In this document: piece by piece, positions 9,199 to 18,882 of the stretch
How positions within the stretch are numbered: the first letter of the stretch is position 1
Layout of the letters: every line of letters begins with the position of its first letter
DNA from: an uncultured Solibacteraceae bacterium
Lineage (GTDB): Bacteria > Acidobacteriota > Terriglobia > 20CM-2-55-15
Direction of reading: 5' to 3'
Length of the DNA stretch: 64,000 nucleotides
Assembly (NCBI GenBank): GCA_964633285.1
Contig: CAZWGA010000029.1
Coordinates: 592-64,591 of the forward strand
Notes under the pieces: model-generated
What the model was told of the DNA's origin: nothing
Seen by the model: only the letters and a program-made list of their open reading frames with translations
Database searches by the model: none
Made by a program: the position numbers and the translations under genes

Positions 9199-11881
9199 TT
9201 ACATTGGGTTTCAGATTCAACCCGAAATCCAGCCGCACCGGCCCGATGGGTGTCTGATAGCGCAATCCCGTGCCGATCGTGTGGCTGAAACTGCCGAGAT
9301 GAATGTCGGAGATCTGCGAAAAAACATTGCCGGTGTCGTAAAAGAAGGCGCCTCCTACATTCTTTAACGGCAAAAACTTCATCGGAAATCTGTATTCGAA
9401 ATTGCCGATGGTCATGACATTCCCGCCGCTCGGCTGCGCTTCGTCCAGGCTGAAACCCCGCAGAGTTGTGGATCCTCCCGCAAAGTATCGTTCTGTTGGA
9501 GGCAGTTTCTGATTTTGACCCGGCGCCAGTTGATCGGTTTGGCCGAAAGGGTGATTCCAGCCAAAACGAATCGACGTTGCGAAAACACCGAAGGCGAGCG
9601 GTGAATAAAAACTCGATTGATTGAACAGCGATGTGAAATTCAACTCCGAACCAAGGGCGCGGCTCGCCACTTGAAACGTCGTAGTGCTGAATGACCCGGT
9701 GCTCGGGTTAAGCAGATCGTTGCGATGATCCTGAATAAGGGAAACGCCCACACGCGCAATCTGGCAGACCTGGCAGGGTCCGTGCTCCGGAGGCAGGCTG
9801 ATCGCATGTGGAAAGACGCGAACATCCTGGACGTTGACGGTTTGATAGCCGGAAGTGAACAGAAGGTTTTCACGATTCTGAGCCGATAACGGCTTCAGCA
9901 CACGCACGGCGAAATCCACGCGATTGACCTTGTAGAATGGCCGCTCCGCATATTCCGCGAGAGCCGAAACAAAACCGTCAAGGTTGTGATTAAAAAGCCG
10001 CGGCTCGCGATACGTTGTCTCGGCCAACCGCTCGCGCAGACTCCCTCGGGCTCGAAAACTGATCGACTTGGCAAGGCCGAAGAGATTGTTGTGCGACACT
10101 TCGATCGTGCCTCGAGCATGCTCGAATTCCTGATAGCCCGCGCCGTACGTTACGAGAATGGGTTTTGCGTCTTCGACCTGGATCAATAAATCCCGAACTC
10201 GAGCCGAGCTCTGCGTGATTGGAACAATTTCCACCCTGCTGAACAAGCCGGTTGCATACAGCCGCTGCTGGCCTTCAAGTATCGCCTCGGGGTTGTAGGG
10301 GGAGTTCGGCTTGAGCTTGCTGTTGAGACGGATCGTTTTTTCTTTTGTCAGCGTATTTCCGGCAACCAGAATGTTGCCGATTTCATGCAAATCGCCTTCT
10401 GTGATTTGAAATGTAATTTCCAGCCCGCTGTTCGCTGCTGCATGATTTACACGGCGATCGACGCGAACATCCGAATATCCGTTCGCGTAATACATCTGGG
10501 TAATCAGGGCGCGGCTTCGATCGACCGTTTCCGGCACGTAGATGTCGCCTTCTTTGATGGGAAGCGCTTTTCTTATCTCATCCTCAGTAACGGCCGCGTT
10601 TCCCGCGATGTGCAATGAGTCGATGGGGAGCTGTTTCCCTTCCTGTATCTGCATCGTGACGTGAATGACGTGATCCGTCTCTCCGAATTCACCGTGCACG
10701 GTGGTGCCTTCAAAGCCCGCGTTTCGATACATCACCTCAATCGTGTGTTCATCTTCATGAAGCAGGTCCACACTGAAGATGCCGCGATTCAGAAACTGAC
10801 TCGGCCGAATCTTCATTCGATGCTGAATATCATCAGCGGTGAAGTATTGATTGCCTTCGATAGTGACGGATGAAACTTCGTGCCGTACCCCCGGCGTGAT
10901 CGTGTAATTGATCTGAATGGCATTGTCGAGCGGCGCAGGAATGATCGATGAAGAAACATTCGCTTCGAAATAGCCTTCCTGCTGCATGTAGCGTTCAACA
11001 TGAACGCGACCCTCTTCGACGAGGTCCAGATCCACCGAGCCTTCTTCGAAAACGGGCACCAGAGTTCGCAGCTTCTTTTGTGGGATATCGAAGTTGACGG
11101 GTTTGACGTAGGTAAACTGACCCGGTTGAATCGAGAGGTTGACCGCGACCGTGTGTGTGTCCTCTGAATAGTTGCGGTCCGGCGTCACTTTCGTATTGAG
11201 GAATCCGAGATTTGCGAATTTGGCGCGGATGTTCGCAATTCCCTTATCGACTTTCGCGGCCGAGAAATCGTGGCCTGCCTTGATGCCGAATGCATCCAGC
11301 AATTCCTTCTCCGAGAATGTATCGACCTCCGACTGGATTTGAACCGTTCCCACCCTGGCCTTTGGCCCCGGAATCACTTTCAACGTCACATAAACGAGAT
11401 GCGTCGACTCCTGAATGTCATATTCGGGCTTGACCACGGCTTCGAAGTATCCGTCGGATTTGATCAGGTCCGTCGCATCCTGCACCAGGTTGTCGACTTT
11501 GGCTTTCGAAAACTTGTCTCCATAAGGAACCCGCAAATAGGTGGAAAGCGGACGGTCCAGCAGGTCTTCGGGGTCGAGCTGAACGGTACTGAAGAACATA
11601 TTGGCGCGGACTTTGAAGTCCAGATTGGTGGATCCTTCGCCCGCCGGAGTCGCATCGACCTCTATGTAGCTGTAGTGTCCTGTGTCGTAGAGGGTCTGGA
11701 TGGACGACCTCACGTTATCAGTTGTGATGACGTCGCCGGTGTGAAGCGGAACTTTTTCGATGTCGGCCGGGAATTCAGAACCGGAAAGCGCTAAACGCGA
11801 CACGCGGGTGCCGTAGTATTGCTGTTCCGCATGGACCACCCATGGTATCAGCAATACCAGCATCAGGCCTTGCACCTTCAT
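9143..11881 (-). CDS. bamA: Outer membrane protein assembly factor BamA (POTRA repeats plus Omp85 beta-barrel)
   Basis: Signal peptide 'MKVQGLMLVLLIPWVVHA'; repeated POTRA-like units; C-terminal barrel ending '...FFTLGNPF' (aromatic terminus); 912 aa. Confidence 0.9.
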   Translation of the reverse strand: MKVQGLMLVLLIPWVVHAEQQYYGTRVSRLALSGSEFPADIEKVPLHTGDVITTDNVRSSIQTLYDTGHYSYIEVDATPAGEGSTNLDFKVRANMFFSTVQLDPEDLLDRPLSTYLRVPYGDKFSKAKVDNLVQDATDLIKSDGYFEAVVKPEYDIQESTHLVYVTLKVIPGPKARVGTVQIQSEVDTFSEKELLDAFGIKAGHDFSAAKVDKGIANIRAKFANLGFLNTKVTPDRNYSEDTHTVAVNLSIQPGQFTYVKPVNFDIPQKKLRTLVPVFEEGSVDLDLVEEGRVHVERYMQQEGYFEANVSSSIIPAPLDNAIQINYTITPGVRHEVSSVTIEGNQYFTADDIQHRMKIRPSQFLNRGIFSVDLLHEDEHTIEVMYRNAGFEGTTVHGEFGETDHVIHVTMQIQEGKQLPIDSLHIAGNAAVTEDEIRKALPIKEGDIYVPETVDRSRALITQMYYANGYSDVRVDRRVNHAAANSGLEITFQITEGDLHEIGNILVAGNTLTKEKTIRLNSKLKPNSPYNPEAILEGQQRLYATGLFSRVEIVPITQSSARVRDLLIQVEDAKPILVTYGAGYQEFEHARGTIEVSHNNLFGLAKSISFRARGSLRERLAETTYREPRLFNHNLDGFVSALAEYAERPFYKVNRVDFAVRVLKPLSAQNRENLLFTSGYQTVNVQDVRVFPHAISLPPEHGPCQVCQIARVGVSLIQDHRNDLLNPSTGSFSTTTFQVASRALGSELNFTSLFNQSSFYSPLAFGVFATSIRFGWNHPFGQTDQLAPGQNQKLPPTERYFAGGSTTLRGFSLDEAQPSGGNVMTIGNFEYRFPMKFLPLKNVGGAFFYDTGNVFSQISDIHLGSFSHTIGTGLRYQTPIGPVRLDFGLNLKPNVNGQNEKRFHIFFTLGNPF

Positions 11882-11945
11882 ATAACCTACGACGCTCCTG
11901 GACCTTAGACGCGACTCGTTAGGAAGGTAGCAATCTTAGGAGAAA

Positions 11946-12131
11946 TCAGGCTTTGGTAATTCGGCCGGAACGGATGCAACTCGTGCACACCCGCATACTC
12001 TTGTGGATTTTCCCAACAATCACCCGAACACGTTGAAGATTCGGATTCCAGCGCCGTCTGGTCAGATTATGAGCATGGCTGATCCGATTACCGTAGATCG
12101 GGCCTTTGTTACAGATTTCACAGCGAGCCAT
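11946..12131 (-). CDS. rpmB: 50S ribosomal protein L28
   Basis: '[35 protein letters not shown]' is the L28 signature; the real start is the internal Met of the ORF-track entry (ggagat RBS upstream). Confidence 0.9.
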   Translation of the reverse strand: MARCEICNKGPIYGNRISHAHNLTRRRWNPNLQRVRVIVGKIHKSMRVCTSCIRSGRITKA

Positions 12132-12187
12132 GAAGGCAATCTCCTTATGAAATAGAACAAAAAGTATAGCATGCACGCTGTGTTAGA

Positions 12188-13255
12188 ATGGCCGTTATTT
12201 CTGAAGAGGATGGTGCACTCCTGATGAGAGCATTCTTAGTGGCTGTGCTTTTGGCCGGCCTGCTCGTAACAGCTTCGTGCGGATCGGATACGACTGCTTC
12301 CGCAAACGTGGTCGCCCGCGTTAACGGCAAGGACATCACGACAGCTCAATTGGATAAGCAGTTTCAGGCTCGTTTGAACGGCGCTGAACAGCCCGGATCG
12401 CCCGAAGAAACCCAGGATCTGAAACTTCAGGTCCTCAATAACATGATCAACGATCAGATTCTCCTCGAAATGGCCTCGGGTTCGAATCTGAGCGCGACAG
12501 ATGCCGAAGTCGACGTCAAATTCAACGAATTCAAGAGCCAGTACACCGAAGAGAAGTTTCAGGAATTACTGAAAGAACAAAAGATGTCCGTAGACGACAT
12601 CCGCAACGAACTTCGAAAGCAGATCACGCTCGATAAGCTCGTCAATAAGGAGATCACTTCGAAGATTTCTGTTACGGATTCGGAAATCAAGGGTTTCTAC
12701 GAGAAGAACAAACAGAGCTTCAACCTGCCGGAGAGTTATCACATTGCCCACATTCTGGTTACCAAGGTGGCCGATCCTGAGCTTCACAACGGAAAAAACG
12801 ACGACGCGAAGACTCCCGAGGAAGCTCAGCAAAAAGCCGCGCGTTTACTGAAGCAGCTTCAAAGCGGCATGGATTTTGCGACTCTTGCAAAAGACTATTC
12901 GGAAGACCCGAGCTCGGCGCCTGCCGGCGGCGATCTGAATTTCCAGCCGCTCAATGCCATCGAGAACATTGATCCGCGACTGGCTCAGGCCGTTCAGAAA
13001 ATGCGGACCGGAGAAACATATCCCCAGGTGATTGAAACGCGATTTGGCTATCACATCCTGAAACTTCTGGAGAAGGATGCGGGAGGCCAGAAAGATCTTT
13101 CCGATCCACGAGTGCAGGCACAAGTGCGCCAGGTGATTTTCAATCGCAAGGATCAGACTCTGAAGAATGCCTTCTCTGAAGCTGCGCGAAATAAGGCAAC
13201 GGTGGTGAACTACCTCGCGCAGAGAATCCTGGATTCGTCAGGAAAAACTCAGTAG
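12188..13255 (+). CDS. SurA/PrsA-family peptidyl-prolyl cis-trans isomerase lipoprotein (SurA_N domain plus one parvulin domain)
   Basis: Signal peptide plus lipobox 'LLVTASCGS'; parvulin motifs 'YHIAHILV...FGYHILKL'; SurA_N-like N-terminus. Confidence 0.8.
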   Translation: MAVISEEDGALLMRAFLVAVLLAGLLVTASCGSDTTASANVVARVNGKDITTAQLDKQFQARLNGAEQPGSPEETQDLKLQVLNNMINDQILLEMASGSNLSATDAEVDVKFNEFKSQYTEEKFQELLKEQKMSVDDIRNELRKQITLDKLVNKEITSKISVTDSEIKGFYEKNKQSFNLPESYHIAHILVTKVADPELHNGKNDDAKTPEEAQQKAARLLKQLQSGMDFATLAKDYSEDPSSAPAGGDLNFQPLNAIENIDPRLAQAVQKMRTGETYPQVIETRFGYHILKLLEKDAGGQKDLSDPRVQAQVRQVIFNRKDQTLKNAFSEAARNKATVVNYLAQRILDSSGKTQ

Positions 13256-13259
13256 CCGG

Positions 13260-13757
13260 TTATTCAACCAGCGCCAGTAAGTCGCCGGCATTGACAGCTG
13301 CATGCTCGTTGACATGCACCCGCTTGACCGTGCCTTTCTTGGGTGATTTAAGCTCGTTCTGCATCTTCATGGCTTCCATGACGAGGACTCCCTCGTTGAC
13401 CTGAACCTCCGTTCCTTCGGGGGCCAGTACTTTCACAATTTTTCCCGGCATTGGCGCGCGAATTTCGGCGATTCCCGCCTGTCCGGTTTGAGCCATCCGC
13501 CGGCGCGCCGCTCTGGCATCAATGATCTCCACTTGAATTTTGCGTCCATTGATGGATACGGCATAGCCACTCTGATCGGGCACCACTGAGATTTCGAAGG
13601 ACCGGTTTTGGAATTGAATCCAAAGAATGTTCGGTTCCACATTCTTCACTTCGAGCGTGTAAGTCCGATCCGCTACAGTTGCGTGAATAACGCCCTCGGT
13701 CTTCGAGTTCAGTTCCACTTCGAGACGCCGGCCCTCGATGATGACTGTGTGTTTCAT
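13260..13757 (-). CDS. accB: Biotin carboxyl carrier protein (biotinyl/lipoyl domain)
   Basis: C-terminal 'EAMKMQNEL' biotinylation motif; ATGA overlap with the accC stop, so the start is set at MKHTV rather than the ORF-track Met. Confidence 0.8.
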   Translation of the reverse strand: MKHTVIIEGRRLEVELNSKTEGVIHATVADRTYTLEVKNVEPNILWIQFQNRSFEISVVPDQSGYAVSINGRKIQVEIIDARAARRRMAQTGQAGIAEIRAPMPGKIVKVLAPEGTEVQVNEGVLVMEAMKMQNELKSPKKGTVKRVHVNEHAAVNAGDLLALVE

Positions 13758-15256
13758 CGCGTTCTCAGCGATCGCCGGCGGCCGTCCACTTTCCACAAGC
13801 TGCTCTTGATTCCAGCCGATTCGCCGGAAGCGGATCCGCGTTGTGAATGAAAGATGCCGGCGGCGATGGCTGCCAGATCCCGATCGAGATCCATGAGGCC
13901 GGATTCGGTATTCTGCGTCTTCAACCAGTGATCGATAAAACCCGTGTCGAAGTCGCCCCTGCGAAAATGCCGGTCGTCGAGCACTTTCAGGAAGAAGGAG
14001 ATATTGGTGCGTATGCCTTCGACACGATACTCCGCAAGCGCGCGCTTCATCCTTGTGATGGCTTCATCGCGCGTCGTTCCCCAGACCGATAGTTTTGAAA
14101 TCAAGGGATCGTAATCAATCGGAACAGTCCAGCCTTCATAGACACCGCTGTCATCACGAATCCCGGGTCCCGCAGGAGTGCGCAGCAATGTAATCCTGCC
14201 AGGTGAAGGGAAGAAATTATTGTCGGGATCCTCGGCGTAAATACGGCACTCCAATGCAGTCCCGCGCATCGTCACATCATCCTGAGCGAGCGGCAGTTTC
14301 TCGCCCCCGGCGATCGCGATCTGTAGTTTGACGAGGTCGACCCCGGTAACAAGCTCAGTTACCGGGTGCTCCACCTGAAGCCGCGTGTTCATCTCGAGAA
14401 AATAAAAGTTTCGATGGCGATCAACCAGAAACTCGACGGTTCCCGCGTTGTAGTACTGAGCCGCTTCAACAACTTTCAATGCGGCCTCGCCCATCCGGCG
14501 CCGCAGGCCGGAATCGACGATCGGCGACGGACACTCTTCAATCACCTTCTGATGGCGGCGCTGAATCGTGCACTCTCGTTCACCAAGGTAGATCGCGTTT
14601 CCGCTTCGATCGGCGATAACCTGGATTTCCACGTGCCGTGGTTTCTCGACAAACTTCTCGATGTAGACGGCGTCGTCGCCAAATGCGGCGAGCGCCTCGG
14701 ATCGTGTCGTTCGAAGCGCGCTTTCCAATTCGTCCGCCGAGGAAACGAAACGCAATCCTTTCCCGCCACCGCCACCGGACGCCTTCAGCATGATGGGATA
14801 CCCGACAGACTCGGCAGTCTGCCGCGCTTCGGAGTCCGAACGGATGGGATCGAGTGTGCCCGGCACCGACTCGACGCCATACTTTGCGACGGCGCGTCGC
14901 GCTTCGATTTTGGATCCCATCAGTGCAATCGATGATGGTGCGGGTCCAATGAACGTGATGCGTGCATCTTCACATGCCTTCGCGAAGGCGGCATTCTCGG
15001 CGAGAAATCCATATCCGGGATGAATCGCATCGGCGCCGGCCCGCTTTGCCGCATCGATGATTTTTTCAATCACAAGGTAGCTTTCACGCGAAGGCGCGGG
15101 CCCGATGGCATACCCTTCGTCCGCCATGCGAACGTGAAGGGCGCCGGCATCCGCTTCCGAGTAAACGGCCACCGTTGGAATTCCTGATTCTCTGCAGGCT
15201 CGAATGACACGAACCGCAATTTCCCCACGATTGGCGACAAGGATTTTCTTGAACAT
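13754..15256 (-). CDS. accC: Biotin carboxylase (ATP-grasp), 500 aa with a C-terminal tail
   Basis: 'MFKKILVANRGEIAVRVIRAC' N-terminus, ATP-grasp 'GGGGKGLR' and 'LEMNTRLQVEHPVTE' motifs. Confidence 0.92.
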   Translation of the reverse strand: MFKKILVANRGEIAVRVIRACRESGIPTVAVYSEADAGALHVRMADEGYAIGPAPSRESYLVIEKIIDAAKRAGADAIHPGYGFLAENAAFAKACEDARITFIGPAPSSIALMGSKIEARRAVAKYGVESVPGTLDPIRSDSEARQTAESVGYPIMLKASGGGGGKGLRFVSSADELESALRTTRSEALAAFGDDAVYIEKFVEKPRHVEIQVIADRSGNAIYLGERECTIQRRHQKVIEECPSPIVDSGLRRRMGEAALKVVEAAQYYNAGTVEFLVDRHRNFYFLEMNTRLQVEHPVTELVTGVDLVKLQIAIAGGEKLPLAQDDVTMRGTALECRIYAEDPDNNFFPSPGRITLLRTPAGPGIRDDSGVYEGWTVPIDYDPLISKLSVWGTTRDEAITRMKRALAEYRVEGIRTNISFFLKVLDDRHFRRGDFDTGFIDHWLKTQNTESGLMDLDRDLAAIAAGIFHSQRGSASGESAGIKSSLWKVDGRRRSLRTR

Positions 15257-15260
15257 GGTT

Positions 15261-16655
15261 TTACTGTTGGATTTGGCTCAATTCCCTGAACCAGCCCGAG
15301 TCTTGTTCGTAAGCATGGGCGGCGCGCAGCACCGTGGATTCATCGAAAGCCCTTCCGATAATCTGCATTCCTATCGGGAGCCGATTCGAAGTGAAACCAC
15401 AGGGTATCGAAATAGCGGGCAATCCAAGAATGTTGAACAAGCGGGTGAAGCGCGCCAAAGAAATCCAGACAGGTTCCGGGGTGTCGCCCCACGCTTTAAG
15501 AACATCTTCCATTCGTGATGCGGGAACAGGCGTTGTCGGTGTGACAACCACATCGACGGATTCGAACACTTCCCGCCATTCCTCTCTCAGCTTTGTTCGG
15601 GCGCGTTGCGCGCGAACGTAATCGAGAGAAGACAACATCCGCCCGGGCTCGATTCTGGCGCGCACATCGGCGCCATAAAGATCGGCGTGATCCTTCAGGT
15701 AGCGTTCGTGAAATGAGTATGCTTCGGGCGATGCAATCTGCAACCAGATTGCGCGATGAACCGAAATACCGGGAACGTCGATATCAATCGTCTTTGCGCC
15801 CAGTTGTTCCAGCCTTCGAATCGCTGTCTGCACGGCCGTGTGGATTTCCGGAGCGACGTTTTCGAAGAAGTAGGTTTTCGGAATGCCTGCGCGCAGGCCT
15901 TTGATGTCTCCCGTTAGTGCGGCCGTATATCGGTGCGATTCAAGCTTTCGCGAAGATGAATCTTTCGGATCGTGACCCGCGATCGTTTCGAGAAGGATTG
16001 CGGCGTCTTCCACCGTCTGCGCCATCGGCCCCGCATGATCGAAAGACCACGATAGCGGAACAACACCGCGTAAGCTGACTCGCCCGTACGTCGGTTTGAG
16101 TCCCACAATGCCGCAAAGCGCTGCAGGAATCCGGATGGATCCACCGGTATCCGTGCCCAGCGATCCAAAACCCAGTCCAAGCGCGACGGCGCTCGCCGAT
16201 CCACCGCTCGATCCTCCGCAAATCCGGCCGGGATCCCAGGGGTTTAATGGAGTTCCCCAGTGCTTGTTGATCGACGTCACCCCAAAAGCAAATTCATGAA
16301 GATTGGTCTTTCCGACCAGTACAGCACCGGCATCCTTGAGGCTGGCTACTGTGGTTGCATCGCTGGCCGGCACTCTTTCCGCAAAAACCTTCGAACCTGC
16401 CGTCGTACGAATGCCTTTAGTATCGTAAAGATCTTTTACCGAAAGCGGCACTCCGTTTAGCGGTGATCCGTTACCGCCGGTATTTTTTCGTTCCGCGTGC
16501 CGCGCGCTATCCAAAGCCTCTTCAGCGGTAACCGTGATAAACGCGCGCATTCTTTCGTTGATCCGATCCATTCGGGCCAGGATCGTCTGTGCCAGTTCCA
16601 CCGGCGAAACTTCCTTCCGCGCAATCATGCGTGCCGCTTCCGCGAGCGTCATCAT
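15261..16655 (-). CDS. Amidase-signature family amidase (GatA-like)
   Basis: 'GGSSGGSASAVA' amidase signature, catalytic 'KD' plus Ser-cisSer context, 464 aa; 4 nt upstream of accC on the same strand. Confidence 0.85.
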   Translation of the reverse strand: MMTLAEAARMIARKEVSPVELAQTILARMDRINERMRAFITVTAEEALDSARHAERKNTGGNGSPLNGVPLSVKDLYDTKGIRTTAGSKVFAERVPASDATTVASLKDAGAVLVGKTNLHEFAFGVTSINKHWGTPLNPWDPGRICGGSSGGSASAVALGLGFGSLGTDTGGSIRIPAALCGIVGLKPTYGRVSLRGVVPLSWSFDHAGPMAQTVEDAAILLETIAGHDPKDSSSRKLESHRYTAALTGDIKGLRAGIPKTYFFENVAPEIHTAVQTAIRRLEQLGAKTIDIDVPGISVHRAIWLQIASPEAYSFHERYLKDHADLYGADVRARIEPGRMLSSLDYVRAQRARTKLREEWREVFESVDVVVTPTTPVPASRMEDVLKAWGDTPEPVWISLARFTRLFNILGLPAISIPCGFTSNRLPIGMQIIGRAFDESTVLRAAHAYEQDSGWFRELSQIQQ

Positions 16656-16795
16656 TATTCGGCCTCAAATACAGGCGCCGGCGGATTATCGCCGAGATCC
16701 GCGTCGCGCAGCACGCCGGTCTCGCGAATAATTCCCTGGAGCACTTCGTCAGCTTCAGGTGTCAGCTTGTTGTCGGGATCAATGTCGTGGGGCAT
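16655..16795 (-). CDS. Possible 46-aa small ORF translationally coupled (TAATG) to the amidase; unknown function
   Basis: Strong GC3 codon bias over 47 codons; its stop overlaps the amidase ATG; weak RBS; overlaps the 3' end of the upstream membrane-protein gene by 34 nt. Below the ORF-track size cut-off. Confidence 0.35.
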   Translation of the reverse strand: MPHDIDPDNKLTPEADEVLQGIIRETGVLRDADLGDNPPAPVFEAE

Positions 16796-17979
16796 GTGTT
16801 CTCAGCTTGAACGGCACGTGTTGTAATGCCGTACGGTATGGATACCAGAAACAGGAGCAACAACAGAACTTCGGAATCACCGAAGTTGAATTCAAAGAAG
16901 CCCGATACGATGAAACCCGTGAGCGCGGCGAGCGCTGAAAAAATCGGCCAGCGGAGTTCTTCGCCGGCAATCTTCAGCATTCCTATCAGGCTTCCGTAAA
17001 GTTCGAAGATAAACCAGAAAAAAGCGGCCAGGCACGGCAATCCTCGCTCTGCGCCGATTTGAACGATGTTGTTTTCAAGATGGCCGTAGTAGAAATTGGC
17101 GTGCGCTAGATCACTGCCACGATAGTAGCGGGGGAATTCCGTGCGAATCCTTTCCGGGCCCACGCCAAATAGCGGATGATCGTGGATCATCTGCAAACCA
17201 CCCAAAAACAGTTCGAGCCTCCCGGAGTCCGGTGCAAATCCCTGTTGCTGAAAACTCATCGAGACCCGATGAATGATGAGGCCGGATGCCGCCACGGCGA
17301 CAATCACAACGGGTAACGCAACTCCCATCCAGACCCTGCGGGGAAGTTTGATCGCGGCAAACAGAAAACCCGCCGCAGCTCCAAGCCATGCGCTTCTCGT
17401 GAAACTCAGAACAAGCGCGGCTCCGACGATCGCCAGTGGAACCAGCCACCGTCTGCCGAGAACGAGGATCGCGGGAATCGCCGCGCACCAGATCAGAAGT
17501 TGTTCTCCGCTGAATGTCATCCAATGTCCCATGAATCCTGTGATGCGGGAGACAACAACGGGGTCGTCCGCGCTGCCTTGCGAAGCGACGAACCGGTAAT
17601 ACTTGATGCCGAACTGAATGAGCGCAAACGTTGAGGCTCCCGCTGCCACTGCCAGCAGGACAGCGTGAGATGCACGTGCGCGCCACGGCGTATCGACCAG
17701 ATTTGCCGCAAGCAACCCCATGCTGAAAAGAACGAATTTCCTGACGGGCGGCAATCCGGATCCAGGATCTGCAGACATGAGCAGCGACAGGACCGTTGTT
17801 GCCATGAAAGCCAGGAGCGGAATGACGTAACTCGGCCAGATCAGTTTCCGGGGGCGCGAGATGAGCCAGCCCAGACAGGCAGCAGCGAGCAGGGTCTCCG
17901 CGCCCGCAATGGACACGAGTACGGCTGCTGCGGAAGCCAGAACAAGGCCAAACACCCACGAATCGCGGTTCCCCGGCAT
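16762..17979 (-). CDS. O-antigen ligase/polymerase-like (Wzy_C family) polytopic membrane protein
   Basis: ~10 predicted TM helices; a large periplasmic loop typical of the WaaL/Wzy family; 405 aa. Confidence 0.6.
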   Translation of the reverse strand: MPGNRDSWVFGLVLASAAAVLVSIAGAETLLAAACLGWLISRPRKLIWPSYVIPLLAFMATTVLSLLMSADPGSGLPPVRKFVLFSMGLLAANLVDTPWRARASHAVLLAVAAGASTFALIQFGIKYYRFVASQGSADDPVVVSRITGFMGHWMTFSGEQLLIWCAAIPAILVLGRRWLVPLAIVGAALVLSFTRSAWLGAAAGFLFAAIKLPRRVWMGVALPVVIVAVAASGLIIHRVSMSFQQQGFAPDSGRLELFLGGLQMIHDHPLFGVGPERIRTEFPRYYRGSDLAHANFYYGHLENNIVQIGAERGLPCLAAFFWFIFELYGSLIGMLKIAGEELRWPIFSALAALTGFIVSGFFEFNFGDSEVLLLLLFLVSIPYGITTRAVQAENTCPTTLIPTTS

Positions 17980-18102
17980 ATCGCGGATTCTATTCGATGT
18001 CGCAATTGTTTGATACCCTCTCCCTCCGGGAGCTTTGCGGCAACGAGTTGGGACTGCCGGTCAGACCGGCGGGATCGCGCGCCGCGTGAGGGTGTGGAAG
18101 TG

Positions 18103-18882
18103 ATGCCGTCCATTTTTCATCTACAGAGCGTTTCTTTCGGTTACACCGCGGTTCCCGTCCTTCAGGACGTTTCCCTCGACATTGAGGCCGCCGAATTTGT
18201 TGCGCTCGTCGGACCCAACGGCGCCGGCAAATCGACGTTGCTTAAAATCCTGGGAGGTTTGATCCGCTCGTATAGAGGAGTGGCGGACTTTCAGAGCCGG
18301 TCTTTGTCCAATCTTCCGCCACGCGACATCGCGCAACGCATTGCGTTTGTGCCGCAGGAAACGCATATGGTGTTTCCTTTCACGGTAGCCGAAATTGTGA
18401 TGATGGGCCGGCTGCCGCACCGGACGAGCGCTCTGTTCGACAAGCCCAGAGACATCGAACAAGCCCGGCAGGCGATGGCGTCGACGGATACTGCCGTACT
18501 GGCGGCGAAGACCTTCAACGAGCTGAGCGGCGGCGAGCGCCAGCGCGTTGTTCTCGCTTGCGCTCTTGCTCAGGATCCCGAAGTGTTGTTGCTCGACGAG
18601 CCAACGGTCTACCTGGACCTCAAGCACCAGATTCAGTTCTACGATATTCTCGAGCGATTGAATACCGAGCGGGGGATGACCATCGTGAGCGTCACGCACG
18701 ATGTGAACCTTGCGGCGCGATATGCCCGCCGGATGATTGCGATTCGCAATGGGAGTTTCGTGGCGGACGGAACTCCCGATGAGGTCCTGACACCGGAACA
18801 TCTTTATGAAATCTTCGAAATTACCGCTGCCATCCTCAAACGGCCTGATGGCCGCGGCAGCTACATCGTTCCGACGGCCTGA
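18103..18882 (+). CDS. ABC transporter ATP-binding protein, FecE/BtuD (iron-siderophore/cobalamin) type
   Basis: Walker A 'GPNGAGKST', signature 'LSGGERQRV', Walker B 'LLLDEPT'; the real start is at MPSIFHLQ, and the ORF-track 5' extension is antisense to the neighbouring gene. Confidence 0.88.
   Translation: MPSIFHLQSVSFGYTAVPVLQDVSLDIEAAEFVALVGPNGAGKSTLLKILGGLIRSYRGVADFQSRSLSNLPPRDIAQRIAFVPQETHMVFPFTVAEIVMMGRLPHRTSALFDKPRDIEQARQAMASTDTAVLAAKTFNELSGGERQRVVLACALAQDPEVLLLDEPTVYLDLKHQIQFYDILERLNTERGMTIVSVTHDVNLAARYARRMIAIRNGSFVADGTPDEVLTPEHLYEIFEITAAILKRPDGRGSYIVPTA

Noticed and set aside
16655-16795. GatC identity for the small ORF upstream of the GatA-like amidase
   Set aside because: At 46 aa it is about half the length of GatC and has none of the conserved GatC helix motifs, so it is kept only as an unknown candidate small ORF.
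17665-18102. 5' extension of the ABC ATPase ORF (ORF-track start 17665) and similar N-terminal extensions of hisF, hisB, aroDE, cysK, lgt, lpxB, the ECF sigma and chorismate mutase
   Set aside because: The extensions run antisense into neighbouring genes. Canonical conserved N-termini begin at internal Mets that also create ATGA-type coupling with the upstream gene.
17980-18102. Cobalamin riboswitch or Fur box upstream of the FecCD-type ABC transporter
   Set aside because: The 123-nt leader is too short for a B12 riboswitch and has no recognisable B12 box or GATAATGATAATCATTATC-like Fur box; only a small hairpin is present.
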